The notes under the pieces were generated by a model, which had not been told where the DNA came from, ran no database searches, and worked only from the letters and a program-made list of their open reading frames with translations. A stretch of 64,000 nucleotides of DNA, from positions 18,457 to 82,456 of the forward strand of contig JBAXBA010000005.1 in NCBI GenBank assembly GCA_037142195.1, in the 5' to 3' direction. This document shows positions 40,499-52,516 of the stretch, in pieces (within the stretch, counting starts at the first letter, position 1; the number at the start of each line of letters is the position of its first letter). Source of the DNA: Pseudomonadota bacterium (GTDB taxonomy: Bacteria > Bdellovibrionota_B > Oligoflexia > Oligoflexales > CAIMVM01). The position numbers were made by a program, and so were the translations under genes.

Positions 40499-43400
40499 AT
40501 GAAAGAGCAACATTACAGATGGGATCATCCTACATCGCAACATCTGGATGATCCGCGTGAAGACCAGCGCGACGCATGTGGCGTCGGTTTTATTGCAAAT
40601 ATGACGGGGAAGAAGTCCCATAAAACCCTTCAAGATGGCCTAGAAATCCTTTGCAATATGGATCATCGCGGAGGAATAGCAGCGGACAATCAAACCAGTG
40701 ATGGTTCAGGAATTCTTATTCAGATACCCCATGGAATTCTAAAGGCAGAAGCTGAGGGGATGGGGCGTTCCTTGCCTGAAGCAGGTTCCTATGCTCTGGG
40801 GATGATGTTTCTTCCTGGGGAAGCTGAGGAAGTCATCTATTGGAAGACGTTCCTTGCAAATCTCTGCAGCAAATTTCATTTAGAGGTTTTATTTTTTAGG
40901 GATGTTCCCGTCGCTAGCGAGACCCTAGGGCCTATTGCTAAAGCTACGGAACCAGAAGTGACACAATGCGTAGTTTTAGATCGCCCTCAGGCTTTCTCTT
41001 CAAAGAGTCTCGAATGGCGTCTTTACCTCCTTCGAAAGCACATGGAGGCTGAGGGAGTCCTTAGATACGGCATCAAGCAAAGGCGATTTTATGTGGCGAG
41101 TCTATCGCTAGATTCTGTTTGCTATAAAGGCTTGGTTCAGGCGAAGGATCTCGCCAACTATTTCCTAGATCTCAAGGATGCGAGATTTGAGACAGCATTT
41201 GCTATGGTGCATCAAAGATTTAGCACCAACACCTTGCCATCGTGGCCCTTAGCGCAGCCGTTTCGGATGATTTCCCATAATGGGGAAATCAATACTCTTC
41301 GTGGCAATATCAACGCCATGCAAGCGAGAAGTTTTCTATTTGAAAATGAAAGTTTGCTCGAGGATTTTCAGTCGCTAGGCCCAGTGTGTTTGCCGGGAAT
41401 GAGTGATTCTTCGATGCTTGATAATGCCGCGGAATTTCTAGTAGCGACGGGGCGACCTTTAGCTCAGGTTTTATCCATGCTGATTCCAGAACCCTGGGAG
41501 CAGAACTCAGAAATGGAATCCGATCTAAAAGACTACTATGAATATCATTCCTACGTTATGGAGCCCTGGGACGGACCAGCATTTGTTGGTTTTTGTCATG
41601 GCCACGAAATTGGTGCCATTTTAGATCGCAATGGTCTAAGGCCTGGAAGATATTGGATCACTCGCGATGGTTTCGTTGTTATGGCTTCAGAAGTCGGCGT
41701 TCTTCCTAGGAAGCCAGAAGAAATATTGGAACGAGGACGGCTTAGGCCAGGTTCCATGTTTCTCCTAAACATGAAGTCAGGCACCATCGTCCCGGATGCG
41801 ACCATCAAGAAAGAACTTTCGGCATTTAGGCCCTATGGAGCCTGGTTGGAACAAAAACGCATACATTTAGATGATTTGCCTCTAGCTAAACGTCAAGAGA
41901 GAGAAAGGGATTCTGACTCCACAAGCCAGCAAAAACTCGTTTCTTTTGGCTATTCCAAAGAGGATCTTCGCTTGATCCTTGCTCCCATGGCTAATCAAGG
42001 AAAGGAGCCCATCGGCTCAATGGGAAACGATGCTCCTCTAGCGATTCTTTCGCAAAAGAGGCCTCTTCTCTATAACTATTTTAAACAACTTTTTGCGCAA
42101 GTTACCAACCCTCCCATAGACGCATTGAGGGAGAAGTTAGTGACTTCTCTTTCTGTACATCTTGGGGCAGAGTCTAACCTCCTAGAATCCACTCCTAAGC
42201 ATTGCGCTGTTCTTAAGATGTCTCAACCGATACTAACAAGCTTGGATCTATTAAGAATAGAGCAGTCGGGCTTGCCTTATTTAAGATCCGTTAGAATTTC
42301 TACAACTTATTTGATCGATGGCAACTCTTTAGAACTAGAGCTGGATACGTTAGCTGAGAACGTGATCCTAGCCGTAGAACGTGGGATTGCCATCATCATT
42401 TTAAGTGATTTAGATGTGGGCCCTAGTCGGGCCGCCATACCGGCACTCTTGGCAGTATCGAGTGTCCATCACGCCCTAATGAGATCCGGACATCGATCAA
42501 AATGCAGTCTCATAGTGGAGAGCGGCGAGCCGCGTGAGGTTCATCACTTTGCACTTTTAATTGGTTTTGGGGCGGCTGCCATTCACCCCTACTTAGCGCT
42601 AGAAATGGTCGCTCAAGGAGAGAAAATTTTTGGGTTTGATCCCGAAATTTGTCCCGAAAAAAGACAAATCAACTTTATCAAAAGCATTTGCGATGGGATT
42701 TTGAAGACCATGTCAAAAATGGGAATCTCGGTCCTTCATTCCTATCGAGGCGCCCAGATCTTTGAATGTCTTGGATTGAGCCAAAACCTGATCAACCGAT
42801 ACTTTTCGTCGACACCTGGACGCCTCGAGGGTCTTGATCTTGAAGATATTGAAGAGGACATTAGGGCACGTCATGGGAAAGCCTATCTAGAAGCTGTTTC
42901 CGATTCTTCTCTTTCCGATTTTTCTCTTTCCAAATCCCTGAGCCTTTCAGATAATGGAATTTATGCTTGGCGTAAAGGGGGAGAATCTCATCTCCATCGC
43001 CCGGAAATGATTGCTAGTTTGCAAAAGTCAGTACGCAGGAATAGTAGAGACGATTTTAAAGCCTTTTGCGAAACTATTGATCGTGGATCTTCTGGACCAT
43101 TGACGCTGCGAAACCTACTTTCCTTTCGTAAAATACGGGCCTCGATTCCTTTAACAGAAGTCGAAGACATCAAGTCGATTGTAAAAAGAATGGCAACTGG
43201 AGCCATGAGTTTTGGATCTATTAGCAAAGAAACCCATGAAACCATTGCCATAGCTATGAATCGAATCGGAGCTAGGAGCAACTCAGGAGAAGGCGGTGAG
43301 GACTTTAAACGATACTCGCCTGATAGCAATGGCGACAGTCGACGAAGCGCTATCAAGCAAATTGCGAGCGCAAGATTTGGAGTCACCAGTCACTACCTCA

Positions 43401-45124
43401 CTCAGGCTGATGAATTGCAAATAAAAATTTCCCAAGGTGCTAAGCCGGGCGAGGGAGGTCAACTTCCAGGATTTAAAGTTGATGAAGAGATTGCTAGAGT
43501 GCGCCACAGCACACCTGGTGTGACTCTCATTTCTCCACCTCCTCATCACGACATTTACTCGATCGAAGACTTGGCACAACTCATTTATGACTTAAAGAAT
43601 GCCAACTCGAAAGCTCGGATAAGTGTGAAGCTGGTAGCAGAATCAGGCGTCGGAACCATTGCAGCGGGGGTAGCAAAGGCTAAAGCAGACGTCATTTTGA
43701 TAAGTGGTCACGAAGGCGGCACAGGTGCAAGCCCCCTTTCTTCCGTACATCATGCCGGGGTACCTTGGGAGCTAGGGCTTTCAGAAACCCATAGAGTTCT
43801 AGTGGAAAACCATCTTCGCGGACGTGTGGTGTTGCAGACCGATGGTCTCCTGCGAACGCCCCGAGATATCGTCATAGCGGCCCTTTTGGGAGCAGAAGAA
43901 TGGGGAATTGGAACCGGCGCCTTGCTCACTTTGGGATGTGTAATGATGAGAAAATGCCATCTCAATACATGTCCAGTAGGGATCGCCACTCAAGATCCTG
44001 AGCTCAGAAAGAAGTTCCAAGGTCAGCCAGAACACTTGATCAACTATATATTTTTAATTGCAGAGGGCGTACGCGAGCTTATGGCCGAGTTGGGTTTTTC
44101 AACTCTACAGGATATGATCGGTCGGGTCGATCTTTTGGAGAAAGATCCTTCTATAACGGACCCTCGTTTGAAAAAAATAGACTTAAGCAGCATTCTTACT
44201 CCGGCGAAAGTAAGTAATATGTCGATTGACGAAGGCAGTACCTATAATGATTTTGCCTTGGAGCGTTGTTTGGATGCGGCCGCATTGATTCCTGCATGCC
44301 GGGAAGCCATAGAGACTCGGCGTTCTGTCGAGTTAAGCCAAAGTCTTACAAGCTTTGATCGCAGCACGGGCACGATGCTGTCTGCGGTCATTTCCCAAAA
44401 GTGGGGTCATGGTGGTCTTCCTGATGGTACTATCAAGCTTCAGTTTGATGGCGCTGCAGGCCAAAGCTTTATGGCTTTTGGTGCCCACGGTATCACGGCT
44501 ATTTTAATGGGAGAGGTTAATGATTATTGTGCGAAAGGACTCTCTGGAGCTACAGTGATTGTAAAACCTGAGATTGGCAGTCTTGGCCAGGCAGAAGACC
44601 AAGTAATTTGTGGAAATACAGCATTGTATGGGGCGACATCAGGACACCTTTATTTAAGAGGCAAAGCCGGCGAACGTTTTGCTGTGCGCAATAGCGGAGC
44701 TCACGCGGTTGTAGAGGGTCTTGGCGATCATGGCTGCGAATATATGACAGGTGGCACCGTGGTGGTACTCGGTGAGATTGGTCGAAATTTTGCCGCTGGT
44801 ATGAGTGGCGGCTATGCTTTTGTCTACGACCAGAAAAAAGCTTCGGACCGGGCGATCAACCGTGAGCTGGTACACGTAGAAAAATGCCTCCAGGAAAAGG
44901 ACGCGCTCTATCTAAAGAAGCAGCTCCAAAAACATTTCTCATACACAGCAAGTGCTGTTGCCGCGCGGATACTCAATAACTGGGAACAAGAACGTGCACA
45001 TTTTGTTTTGGTCATACCAATAGAGTATAGGGATTTGATGGATAGACGCGAGGCCAAACAGCACCCAAAACCTTTAACCAAAACCCTAGATATTGATTAC
45101 ATGGGAGGTGGCATTCGTGAGTGA
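40499..45124 (+). CDS. gltB: Glutamate synthase large subunit
   Basis: DACGVGF, HQRFSTNT, EPWDGPA, QGAKPGEGGQLPG, CVMMRKCHLNTCP, GXGXG domain. Confidence 0.98.
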   Translation: MKEQHYRWDHPTSQHLDDPREDQRDACGVGFIANMTGKKSHKTLQDGLEILCNMDHRGGIAADNQTSDGSGILIQIPHGILKAEAEGMGRSLPEAGSYALGMMFLPGEAEEVIYWKTFLANLCSKFHLEVLFFRDVPVASETLGPIAKATEPEVTQCVVLDRPQAFSSKSLEWRLYLLRKHMEAEGVLRYGIKQRRFYVASLSLDSVCYKGLVQAKDLANYFLDLKDARFETAFAMVHQRFSTNTLPSWPLAQPFRMISHNGEINTLRGNINAMQARSFLFENESLLEDFQSLGPVCLPGMSDSSMLDNAAEFLVATGRPLAQVLSMLIPEPWEQNSEMESDLKDYYEYHSYVMEPWDGPAFVGFCHGHEIGAILDRNGLRPGRYWITRDGFVVMASEVGVLPRKPEEILERGRLRPGSMFLLNMKSGTIVPDATIKKELSAFRPYGAWLEQKRIHLDDLPLAKRQERERDSDSTSQQKLVSFGYSKEDLRLILAPMANQGKEPIGSMGNDAPLAILSQKRPLLYNYFKQLFAQVTNPPIDALREKLVTSLSVHLGAESNLLESTPKHCAVLKMSQPILTSLDLLRIEQSGLPYLRSVRISTTYLIDGNSLELELDTLAENVILAVERGIAIIILSDLDVGPSRAAIPALLAVSSVHHALMRSGHRSKCSLIVESGEPREVHHFALLIGFGAAAIHPYLALEMVAQGEKIFGFDPEICPEKRQINFIKSICDGILKTMSKMGISVLHSYRGAQIFECLGLSQNLINRYFSSTPGRLEGLDLEDIEEDIRARHGKAYLEAVSDSSLSDFSLSKSLSLSDNGIYAWRKGGESHLHRPEMIASLQKSVRRNSRDDFKAFCETIDRGSSGPLTLRNLLSFRKIRASIPLTEVEDIKSIVKRMATGAMSFGSISKETHETIAIAMNRIGARSNSGEGGEDFKRYSPDSNGDSRRSAIKQIASARFGVTSHYLTQADELQIKISQGAKPGEGGQLPGFKVDEEIARVRHSTPGVTLISPPPHHDIYSIEDLAQLIYDLKNANSKARISVKLVAESGVGTIAAGVAKAKADVILISGHEGGTGASPLSSVHHAGVPWELGLSETHRVLVENHLRGRVVLQTDGLLRTPRDIVIAALLGAEEWGIGTGALLTLGCVMMRKCHLNTCPVGIATQDPELRKKFQGQPEHLINYIFLIAEGVRELMAELGFSTLQDMIGRVDLLEKDPSITDPRLKKIDLSSILTPAKVSNMSIDEGSTYNDFALERCLDAAALIPACREAIETRRSVELSQSLTSFDRSTGTMLSAVISQKWGHGGLPDGTIKLQFDGAAGQSFMAFGAHGITAILMGEVNDYCAKGLSGATVIVKPEIGSLGQAEDQVICGNTALYGATSGHLYLRGKAGERFAVRNSGAHAVVEGLGDHGCEYMTGGTVVVLGEIGRNFAAGMSGGYAFVYDQKKASDRAINRELVHVEKCLQEKDALYLKKQLQKHFSYTASAVAARILNNWEQERAHFVLVIPIEYRDLMDRREAKQHPKPLTKTLDIDYMGGGIRE

Positions 45125-46571
45125 AGTACAGGGGATTTTAAAAATCGATAGAAAGACTCCGGAAAAAGAATTGCCCCAACTGAGGCTGCGCCATAGTAAG
45201 GAGTTTACGACTCGCTTGTCCAGACAGCATTTGGCAGAACAAGGGTCGCGGTGTATGGACTGTGGAGTGCCTTTTTGCCACAATGCTTGTCCTCTAGGAA
45301 ATGTCATTCCCGAGTGGAATCAGTTGACGTCAGAGGAAGACTATCGATCTGCGCTTGAGGCGCTTTTAGCCACAAATAATTTTCCCGAGTTTACAGGCCG
45401 CATCTGTCCCGCCCCTTGCGAGACGGCTTGCGTTTTAGGGCTGAATGAGGATCCAGTTTCGATTGAGGCCATCGAGATGTCACTCGCCGATTTAGGATTT
45501 GAAAAAGGCTGGATTAGAGCGCAACCACCCCAGCTCCGAACAGGAAGAAAGGTGGCCGTAGTCGGAAGTGGGCCTGCTGGCCTTGCCGCTGCTCAGCAGC
45601 TAAATCGAGCTGGTCACTTGGTAACGGTTTTCGAGCGAGCAGAAAAGCCAGGCGGTCTTTTGATGTACGGAATCCCTGAATTTAAACTCGATAAAACAAG
45701 GGTAGCTCGACGGATCGACCTCTTAAAAGAAGAAGGGATACTCTTTCGTTGCGGGGTCCACGTCGGTGTTGATGTGACTATGGCTGAAATGGGCGAGGAC
45801 TTTGACGCGACGATACTAGCATGTGGCGCGGCAAAGAAACGAGATGTGCAGATTCCAGGTCGAGAGTCAAAAGGGATTTATTTTGCGGAGCAGTTTTTAA
45901 CTTCGGCAGTTATTTGGGGGTCAAGTGGGCAAGCACTTGATGGGTTAAAGATTAGTGCTGCCGGCAAGGACGTAGTAGTCATTGGCGGTGGTGATACGGG
46001 ATCTGATTGTCTTGGCACATCGCTTAGGCAGGGTGCAAAGAGTGTGACTCAGTTTGAAATTATGCCTAAGCCGCCCGAACTTTCTAAGCACCCAAGGCAT
46101 TTTGAACGTCCATCAGAAACACCTTGGCCCGAGTGGACCTATATGCTCAGAACTTCAACGTCCCACGAAGAAGGCGGGAAGAGAGCTTGGGCTCATGAAT
46201 CGGTAGCTTTTGAAAGAGACGCGCAGGGGCAATTGACAGCACTCATTACAAGGGAGCTTTCCTGGAACAAAGATTCTCACGGGCGCTGGATTCATGAAGT
46301 CATTCCTAATTCCGATAGACGCTGGCCTTGTGACTTGGCACTTGTGGCGGTTGGTTTTGTCGGACCAGAAATCGAAGGCCCCATATCTGAACTGGGTATT
46401 GAATTAGGAGAAAGAGGAAATATCAAAGCCGATGAAATTCATTATGCTACTAATATTCCAGGCGTCTTTGCAGCGGGTGATGTACGACGCGGTCAATCTC
46501 TCGTCGTTTGGGCAATTGCTGAAGGAAGACGAGTAGCCCAATCTGTAGAGCGATATTTGCAGAGCAATTAG
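45117..46571 (+). CDS. gltD: Glutamate synthase small subunit
   Basis: RCMDCGVPFC, NFPEFTGRICPAPCE, GSGPAG, GQSLVVWAI; GTG 45117 after GGAGGTG, overlapping the gltB stop. Confidence 0.97.
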   Translation: MSEVQGILKIDRKTPEKELPQLRLRHSKEFTTRLSRQHLAEQGSRCMDCGVPFCHNACPLGNVIPEWNQLTSEEDYRSALEALLATNNFPEFTGRICPAPCETACVLGLNEDPVSIEAIEMSLADLGFEKGWIRAQPPQLRTGRKVAVVGSGPAGLAAAQQLNRAGHLVTVFERAEKPGGLLMYGIPEFKLDKTRVARRIDLLKEEGILFRCGVHVGVDVTMAEMGEDFDATILACGAAKKRDVQIPGRESKGIYFAEQFLTSAVIWGSSGQALDGLKISAAGKDVVVIGGGDTGSDCLGTSLRQGAKSVTQFEIMPKPPELSKHPRHFERPSETPWPEWTYMLRTSTSHEEGGKRAWAHESVAFERDAQGQLTALITRELSWNKDSHGRWIHEVIPNSDRRWPCDLALVAVGFVGPEIEGPISELGIELGERGNIKADEIHYATNIPGVFAAGDVRRGQSLVVWAIAEGRRVAQSVERYLQSN

Positions 46572-46962
46572 CAATCGCTTAGTTATGAGAGGACAGGGTA
46601 AGTAGCCTGCTGGATGGATCTTTAAAATGCAAATCGCCGACTCCGTCGAGAGTTGGTTAAAGATTCTAGAATGTAAAGTCGTGCCCTTGGGCACGACATT
46701 TTGCAATTTTTCTAACGAGTTCTCGTTGGTATAGGTAGCAAAGGCTTTGAAATTGCGCAGAGCGGGTGGCAAATAGTAAAACTAGGAAAAAGGATTCGTT
46801 TTCGCAATAGCGATAGAATATCGCTTTTTAAATAGAATACACTTTGACTCTATTATTTTAGATTTTCAAAGATTGATATTCTGAGTTACAAGCCCCCCCG
46901 TAAGGTCATCTTTACTTCACACATAGATCATTCTTTGATGAGTTGAATCGCTCCATGGAAAT

Positions 46963-47328
46963 CTAACGCGAGTAAAGGAGAATACCTTCATGAAATGCGA
47001 CAAATGCAACACCGCCTAAATTTTTTTTTCGGGCAAATTCATCCTGGGAAAGGCAGACAAGATCTAGCGGCCAACCAAGCTGCCGTCTAATTTTTCCAAA
47101 ACTTTTCCACCAACGAGAAGCTTGTGCCTCACTACTTAGAACCGCTAAACAATCAATATCTGATTCTTCATCAAATGTTTCGCATGATACTGCTGAACCA
47201 AAGAGATATATTTCATTAGGAGACAAAACATCCACTATGGCCGAACATGTTTTTTGGATACGCTCAAGACGCACTCGATCGGCTACTGGTTTTGCCTGCA
47301 TGTGTCGTAGAAATCCCAACTGGCTCAC
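46963..47328 (-). CDS. Minimal nucleotidyltransferase (MNT)
   Basis: IYLFGS-X11-DID, PLDLV, EGILLY; overlaps the HEPN stop by 4 nt. Confidence 0.85.
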   Translation of the reverse strand: MSQLGFLRHMQAKPVADRVRLERIQKTCSAIVDVLSPNEIYLFGSAVSCETFDEESDIDCLAVLSSEAQASRWWKSFGKIRRQLGWPLDLVCLSQDEFARKKNLGGVAFVAFHEGILLYSR

Positions 47329-47735
47329 GAATTAAGCTCCTTTTTGGTCCAATCAACAATTGATGTGGCAAATTGCACGGCTCCCTGCACATCGCCATCC
47401 AAAATCTCAAAACGCCCTTCCTCATAGCGCCGCAAAGTTGCGAATGGCGTGAGTTCGTCAAAATCAATGTTGGCAATATAAGTTGGTATGACAATTTGTG
47501 CTGCAGAAATACGATCCAGGAGAAGACTTAAATCGTGTGTTTGAGGAATAGCAACTTCGACACTACAGAGTAATGCTTTGAAGCATTTTTCGACGCACTG
47601 CTGAATCATTAGCAGCGCAGTTTCTTTCCTCACGAGGGGATTGGAATTAAGAGTAATAGCAGCCTGAAGATCATTTTGTGCAATTGCAAAAAGTTCTCCA
47701 GCAAATTCTTTCTTAAAAATCTTATCTTTAACCAC
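47325..47735 (-). CDS. HEPN domain protein
   Basis: A..DL.AA, QQCVEKCFKALL, PQTHDL..LL and LTPFA..RRY motifs. Confidence 0.88.
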   Translation of the reverse strand: MVKDKIFKKEFAGELFAIAQNDLQAAITLNSNPLVRKETALLMIQQCVEKCFKALLCSVEVAIPQTHDLSLLLDRISAAQIVIPTYIANIDFDELTPFATLRRYEEGRFEILDGDVQGAVQFATSIVDWTKKELNS

Positions 47736-48727
47736 TTCTATTATCTCCAGACTAGTAAAAGTTGGCCCAATGAGTATAACACTTTAATCACTCTCTGCGC
47801 AATCAGATCCTACCAGTCCTCACCTATTAGAAGGGCATACTTAATTTTCAAGCTGTTTGCAGCTAAAACAGAATTCTCTCTCAAAGCGGTATTTCTATCA
47901 TTTTCGCATCCAATTATTTTCTTGAAGTGTCGATATCCTTACGTTGCTAGGAGAGCCTTTTACTCCCTGACGGAGGTGATCCAAAAAATTAGTAAGGCCA
48001 TCGTCATTCCCTGAAGGAGGATTTAGTCGCTAAAATATGGCCTTAGGAAATAGCCATGAAGCGTTTAGGCTCTCATGGTGCATCAAAGACTAAGATAAAA
48101 TAGCGCATTCCCTGCATACAGCTAGAACTCTAAGATTCGCTTCCAGCCGCAGATAGCTGATTCGCCATGCGAAGCTCAAAGGCATAAAATCGATAAATAT
48201 TTTGCTAGCATTCTAGCGGAACACTCACACTGCTAAGGACACTGATTCGTCAAAGCAAGAAACATAGAAGCAGGCATAGCATTGCTAGAAATATCAGGCA
48301 ACCTTTACAAGTAACATCATTTTCTTATCGTCCTTATGGTTAGCAGCGCCTTTGCCTGAGTGCAAAATCCTGATGATTTAAAGTAGAATAATGCTAGAGT
48401 TTTTATCAATAGGGAATTGAAGGAATCTTTCCTTAGTTGAGGCGAGCTGATCTGAGCCTTAAATCATAGATTCGCCAGGACCATCGCTATCAGGCATCTA
48501 TCGTTTCCATGCTTGCGCATATATCTTCTATTTTGCAAAAATCAAAAAGCTCCTCCTAATACGGAGTCACATTCTGGCTCGCCCTCGTATTCTTTGCCAA
48601 AAGGCTTGCAGCGACAGACTGCTAAGCTAGATGCGATGACGGCTCTTACATTTGCACCACTTCTTTTCAATCCTAATACAGCAACATCACCGAATCGAGC
48701 TCCTAGGACCACAGGAAGTCTGGAAGC

Positions 48728-49435
48728 TTATTCTCCCAGATAGGCTTTTCTTACATCTGCGTTTCCCAGAAGATCCTTGCCTGTACCTGAAAGTTGAATC
48801 CTTCCATTTACCAAAACATAGCCGCGATGAGCTATTTTTAGAGCTTGATTGGCATTTTGTTCCACTAAAAAAACCGTTGTTCCTGTCTTTGAAATGTCCT
48901 TGATGGTGCTAAAAATCTGATTCACGATCAAAGGAGCGAGTCCAAGACTAGGCTCATCGAGAAGGAGTAGTTTTGGGCGCATCATAAGCGCGCGCCCAAT
49001 GGCAAGCATTTGCTGCTCCCCTCCGCTCATGGTGCCAGATCTTTGTAGCCTTCTGTCGCGAAGTCTCGGAAAGAGACTATACACTTTTTCTAAATCTTCT
49101 TTGAGATAGCGGTCCCCTATTGGGGTCGTTCCCATATAAAGGTTTTCTTCGACGGTCATCGATTGAAACACTCGTCTTCCTTCTGGGACCTGTGCAATTC
49201 CTAGCCGAGACACCTCATGGGTTTGCAAAGTGGAAATATCTTGGCCTTCAAAATAGATTTTCCCACTAGAGCAAGGAGGTGCTCCAAAGATGGTCATAAG
49301 AAGAGTCGATTTACCCGCGCCGTTTGCACCAACAAGAGTTACAATCTCTCCGTTTTCAACCACAATAGAAACATCATTTAAAGCGGCAATCGGACCATAG
49401 GAAGCGCAAACATTTCTGAATTCAAGAAGTGCCAC
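48728..49435 (-). CDS. livF: Branched-chain amino acid ABC transporter ATPase
   Basis: GANGAGKS, MSGGEQQMLAIGRALM, LDEPSLGLAP. Confidence 0.95.
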   Translation of the reverse strand: MALLEFRNVCASYGPIAALNDVSIVVENGEIVTLVGANGAGKSTLLMTIFGAPPCSSGKIYFEGQDISTLQTHEVSRLGIAQVPEGRRVFQSMTVEENLYMGTTPIGDRYLKEDLEKVYSLFPRLRDRRLQRSGTMSGGEQQMLAIGRALMMRPKLLLLDEPSLGLAPLIVNQIFSTIKDISKTGTTVFLVEQNANQALKIAHRGYVLVNGRIQLSGTGKDLLGNADVRKAYLGE

Positions 49436-50292
49436 TAACCTTCCTCCCCAAGATACGCTGATATAACGGCGAGATTCGATTTAACTTCTTCGGGAGTACC
49501 CCGCGCAATTACCTTTCCGTGATCGAGTACGACAATATGATCTGAAATTTTCATAACCATAGACATGTCGTGCTCGATGACAAAAACGGTGACATTAAAA
49601 TCTCGCCTTATTTTTATAATGAGTGCAGATAAATCTGCTGTTTCATTAGGATTGAGTCCCGCAGCTGGTTCGTCCAAGCAGATGAGCTTTGGGTGTATAC
49701 ACAGAGCCCGAGCAATTTCCAGTCTTCGTTGCATCCCATAGGAAAGCTCGCCCGCAAGACGATCTCGATACTCCCCTAGCGAGAAGATCTCCAATAAATC
49801 AAGCCCTCTTTGCAATGCTTGATTTTCCTTCGTCTTAAACGAATTCAAGTTAAATAAAGAAGCTACAACATTCTTAGATACACTTTGGTGCTGAGCCACC
49901 AAAAGATTTTCAAGCACGGTCATTTCTTTGAACAGCCGAATATTTTGAAAAGTTCTCGCGATACCACTTTGGGCTACGAGATGACTGCCCCCAAAAACAT
50001 TATATCGCAACCAATCTTTAAGTCCTGTGGGAGAGAAAAGCTGCTGCCAATGAAACGTGCTCCCAAGGAGCTTTGAGATGTCCACATTCTGGTGCTTTCC
50101 CTCAAATTCCAGCTGTCCTGATTGGGCCTTGTAAAATCCCGTCACGCAGTTAAACACTGTCGTTTTTCCAGCGCCGTTGGGCCCGATAAGAGCCGTTATG
50201 GTACCTTCTTCCACGTCAAAAGTTACACCTTTAAGAGCTTTTATACCTCCAAAAGAGACGCAGAGATTTTCAATTTTCAGCAGCTTTTTCAT
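49435..50292 (-). CDS. livG: Branched-chain amino acid ABC transporter ATPase
   Basis: [27 protein letters not shown]. Confidence 0.95.
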   Translation of the reverse strand: MKKLLKIENLCVSFGGIKALKGVTFDVEEGTITALIGPNGAGKTTVFNCVTGFYKAQSGQLEFEGKHQNVDISKLLGSTFHWQQLFSPTGLKDWLRYNVFGGSHLVAQSGIARTFQNIRLFKEMTVLENLLVAQHQSVSKNVVASLFNLNSFKTKENQALQRGLDLLEIFSLGEYRDRLAGELSYGMQRRLEIARALCIHPKLICLDEPAAGLNPNETADLSALIIKIRRDFNVTVFVIEHDMSMVMKISDHIVVLDHGKVIARGTPEEVKSNLAVISAYLGEEG

Positions 50293-51596
50293 GTCTTGGC
50301 ACTCTGTTGAGTAGGCTTTACTTTGAGACGAGCGCGAACATTTGCCATCATCCCTCGAGGCTTCCAGATCATCATACCCACCATGGAAATCCCAAAAATG
50401 AGGATACGATATTCTGCAAACTGTCTTAAAAGTTCGGGAAGCACTGTTAAAACGATAGCCGCCATAATAACACCCGGGATGGAACCAAGACCTCCGAGCA
50501 CAACGATCGCTAAAATAAGTGCTGATTCAAAAAAAGAAAACGATGTGGGATTGATAAACCCTTGATAGGAAGCAAAAAAGACTCCCGCGACTCCAGCAAT
50601 GGATGCCCCCATAGCAAATGCAGACAGTTTTACAGTGACATGATTTATTCCCAAAGAACGACACGCAATCTCATCTTCTCGCAGTGCCTCCCAGGCACGC
50701 CCAATAGACATATTTTTAAGCTTAGAAACGGCAAAGATGGTGCAAGCGACCACCAAAAGCAAGGTCGCATAAATAAACATATAGCGGTAGTCGCTGGAAT
50801 ACTCGATCCCCAAAAACTCGTGGAAGGTCGTCCCACCCTCGATACGAGCGGATCTCGTAAACTCCAAGCCAAACAAACTAGGATAGGGAGCTTTTATACC
50901 GTTCGGGCCGCCCGTAAACTCAAGCCAATTGTTTAAAATCAGACGTATGATTTCACCGAAACCTAAAGTTACAATGGCGAGATAATCCCCATGCATGCGC
51001 AGGACAGGAAAGGCCAAAAGGCAACCCAATAAAGCCGCAAGGCCAGCTGCGAAAGGAATCGCTGCCCAGAACCCCATTCCCCAATGCTCAGCACCTAAAG
51101 CATAACTGTAAGCACCCACCGCATAGAAGGCCACAAAACCAAGATCTAAAAGACCGGCAAGCCCAACTACGATATTAAGCCCAAGACCCAGCAGGACATA
51201 AATAAAGGCTGTGATCCCAACAGTCAGGGCATAGTTACCACCAAACATCGGTGCTAAAGCAGCCACCAATAGTACCGCAGATAGAAAAAGCTTCGTGCCT
51301 TGGCTGTGATTCTCCCACTGAAAAATTCCGCTTAAGGAACGACTCCCGTTGTTCGAGGAGAGATCAATACCTTTGACTTCCTTTTTAGCGGCTTGTTTGC
51401 GAGAGTTTATCCCCATCTGGATGACACGAAAAACAGCCAACGCTAAACTCAGGCGAAAGGCCCTGAGGAGACTTCCTGAAACTTCATAGCCTTGCAGCTG
51501 CCAGGCTGCTAACGGCCCCAATGTAATGAGGGATAGAAAAAAGGTTATAAATCCCTGTTTTATGTAATCCATAAGTTGATTTTTACGACTCATCAT
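50289..51596 (-). CDS. livM: Branched-chain amino acid ABC transporter permease
   Basis: [39 protein letters not shown]. Confidence 0.94.
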   Translation of the reverse strand: MMSRKNQLMDYIKQGFITFFLSLITLGPLAAWQLQGYEVSGSLLRAFRLSLALAVFRVIQMGINSRKQAAKKEVKGIDLSSNNGSRSLSGIFQWENHSQGTKLFLSAVLLVAALAPMFGGNYALTVGITAFIYVLLGLGLNIVVGLAGLLDLGFVAFYAVGAYSYALGAEHWGMGFWAAIPFAAGLAALLGCLLAFPVLRMHGDYLAIVTLGFGEIIRLILNNWLEFTGGPNGIKAPYPSLFGLEFTRSARIEGGTTFHEFLGIEYSSDYRYMFIYATLLLVVACTIFAVSKLKNMSIGRAWEALREDEIACRSLGINHVTVKLSAFAMGASIAGVAGVFFASYQGFINPTSFSFFESALILAIVVLGGLGSIPGVIMAAIVLTVLPELLRQFAEYRILIFGISMVGMMIWKPRGMMANVRARLKVKPTQQSAKT

Positions 51597-52516
51597 ACCT
51601 TCTCTACTTGGGGGCGCCCTAAAAGTCCGCTAGGTTTGAAAATAAGAACAAGAACCAAGAGGGAAAAGGCAAACACATCTTTATAGTCCGAGTTTACAAA
51701 ACCAGAAAAGAGACTTTCCGAAAGTCCTAAGAGAAGACCTCCGATCATGGCCCCAGGTAAAGACCCGATGCCGCCAAGAACAGCTGCTGTAAAGGCCTTA
51801 ATACCCGTAACAAACCCAATGGAAAAATCAAACGAGCCATAATTGAGAGTCACTAAGACTCCCGCTACTGCCGCCATCGCGGCACCAAGCGTAAAAACAG
51901 TGGCAATGATTCTATCTGTATTGATACCTAAAATAGCAGCCATTTTAGGGTCCTGCTCCGTAGCCCGACAAGCTCGCCCAAGTGCCGTGCGACTGATCAT
52001 CCAAGTCAATGCACCCATGGCTAATTGGCTGACGACAATGATCATCACTTGAACCCAGGTGATGCCTACAACTCCGCCACCCACGTTCCATTCCAAACCG
52101 CCTGGAATCAAGGTGGGAACGGCCTGGTTTCTAGCTCCTTGGGTGATTTGAACATAATTCTGCAGTATGAGCGACACGCCAATCGCAGAAATAAGCGGTG
52201 CCAATCGAGGCGATTTTCTAAGGGGCTTGTAGGCGATACGCTCTATCGAAAAACCAAAAACAGCCGTAAGCCCAACCACAAGCACAAACGCCAAAATTAA
52301 AGCCACGAGAGGAGAAACGGAGGCCCCGAGCAGAGCTAGAACCAGCGCTGTTAAGTAGGCACTAACCATGTAAATGTCACCATGAGCAAAATTAATCATG
52401 CCAATGATCCCATAAACCATCGTATAACCCACGGCGATCAAGCCATAGGTAGAGCCGAGCACAAGACCATTCGCTAACTGCTGGATAAGTATGTGTGAAT
52501 CCAAAGGAGCCCTCAA
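51593..52516 (-). CDS. livH: Branched-chain amino acid ABC transporter permease
   Basis: [30 protein letters not shown]; start may be TTG 52504. Confidence 0.95.
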   Translation of the reverse strand: MRAPLDSHILIQQLANGLVLGSTYGLIAVGYTMVYGIIGMINFAHGDIYMVSAYLTALVLALLGASVSPLVALILAFVLVVGLTAVFGFSIERIAYKPLRKSPRLAPLISAIGVSLILQNYVQITQGARNQAVPTLIPGGLEWNVGGGVVGITWVQVMIIVVSQLAMGALTWMISRTALGRACRATEQDPKMAAILGINTDRIIATVFTLGAAMAAVAGVLVTLNYGSFDFSIGFVTGIKAFTAAVLGGIGSLPGAMIGGLLLGLSESLFSGFVNSDYKDVFAFSLLVLVLIFKPSGLLGRPQVEKV

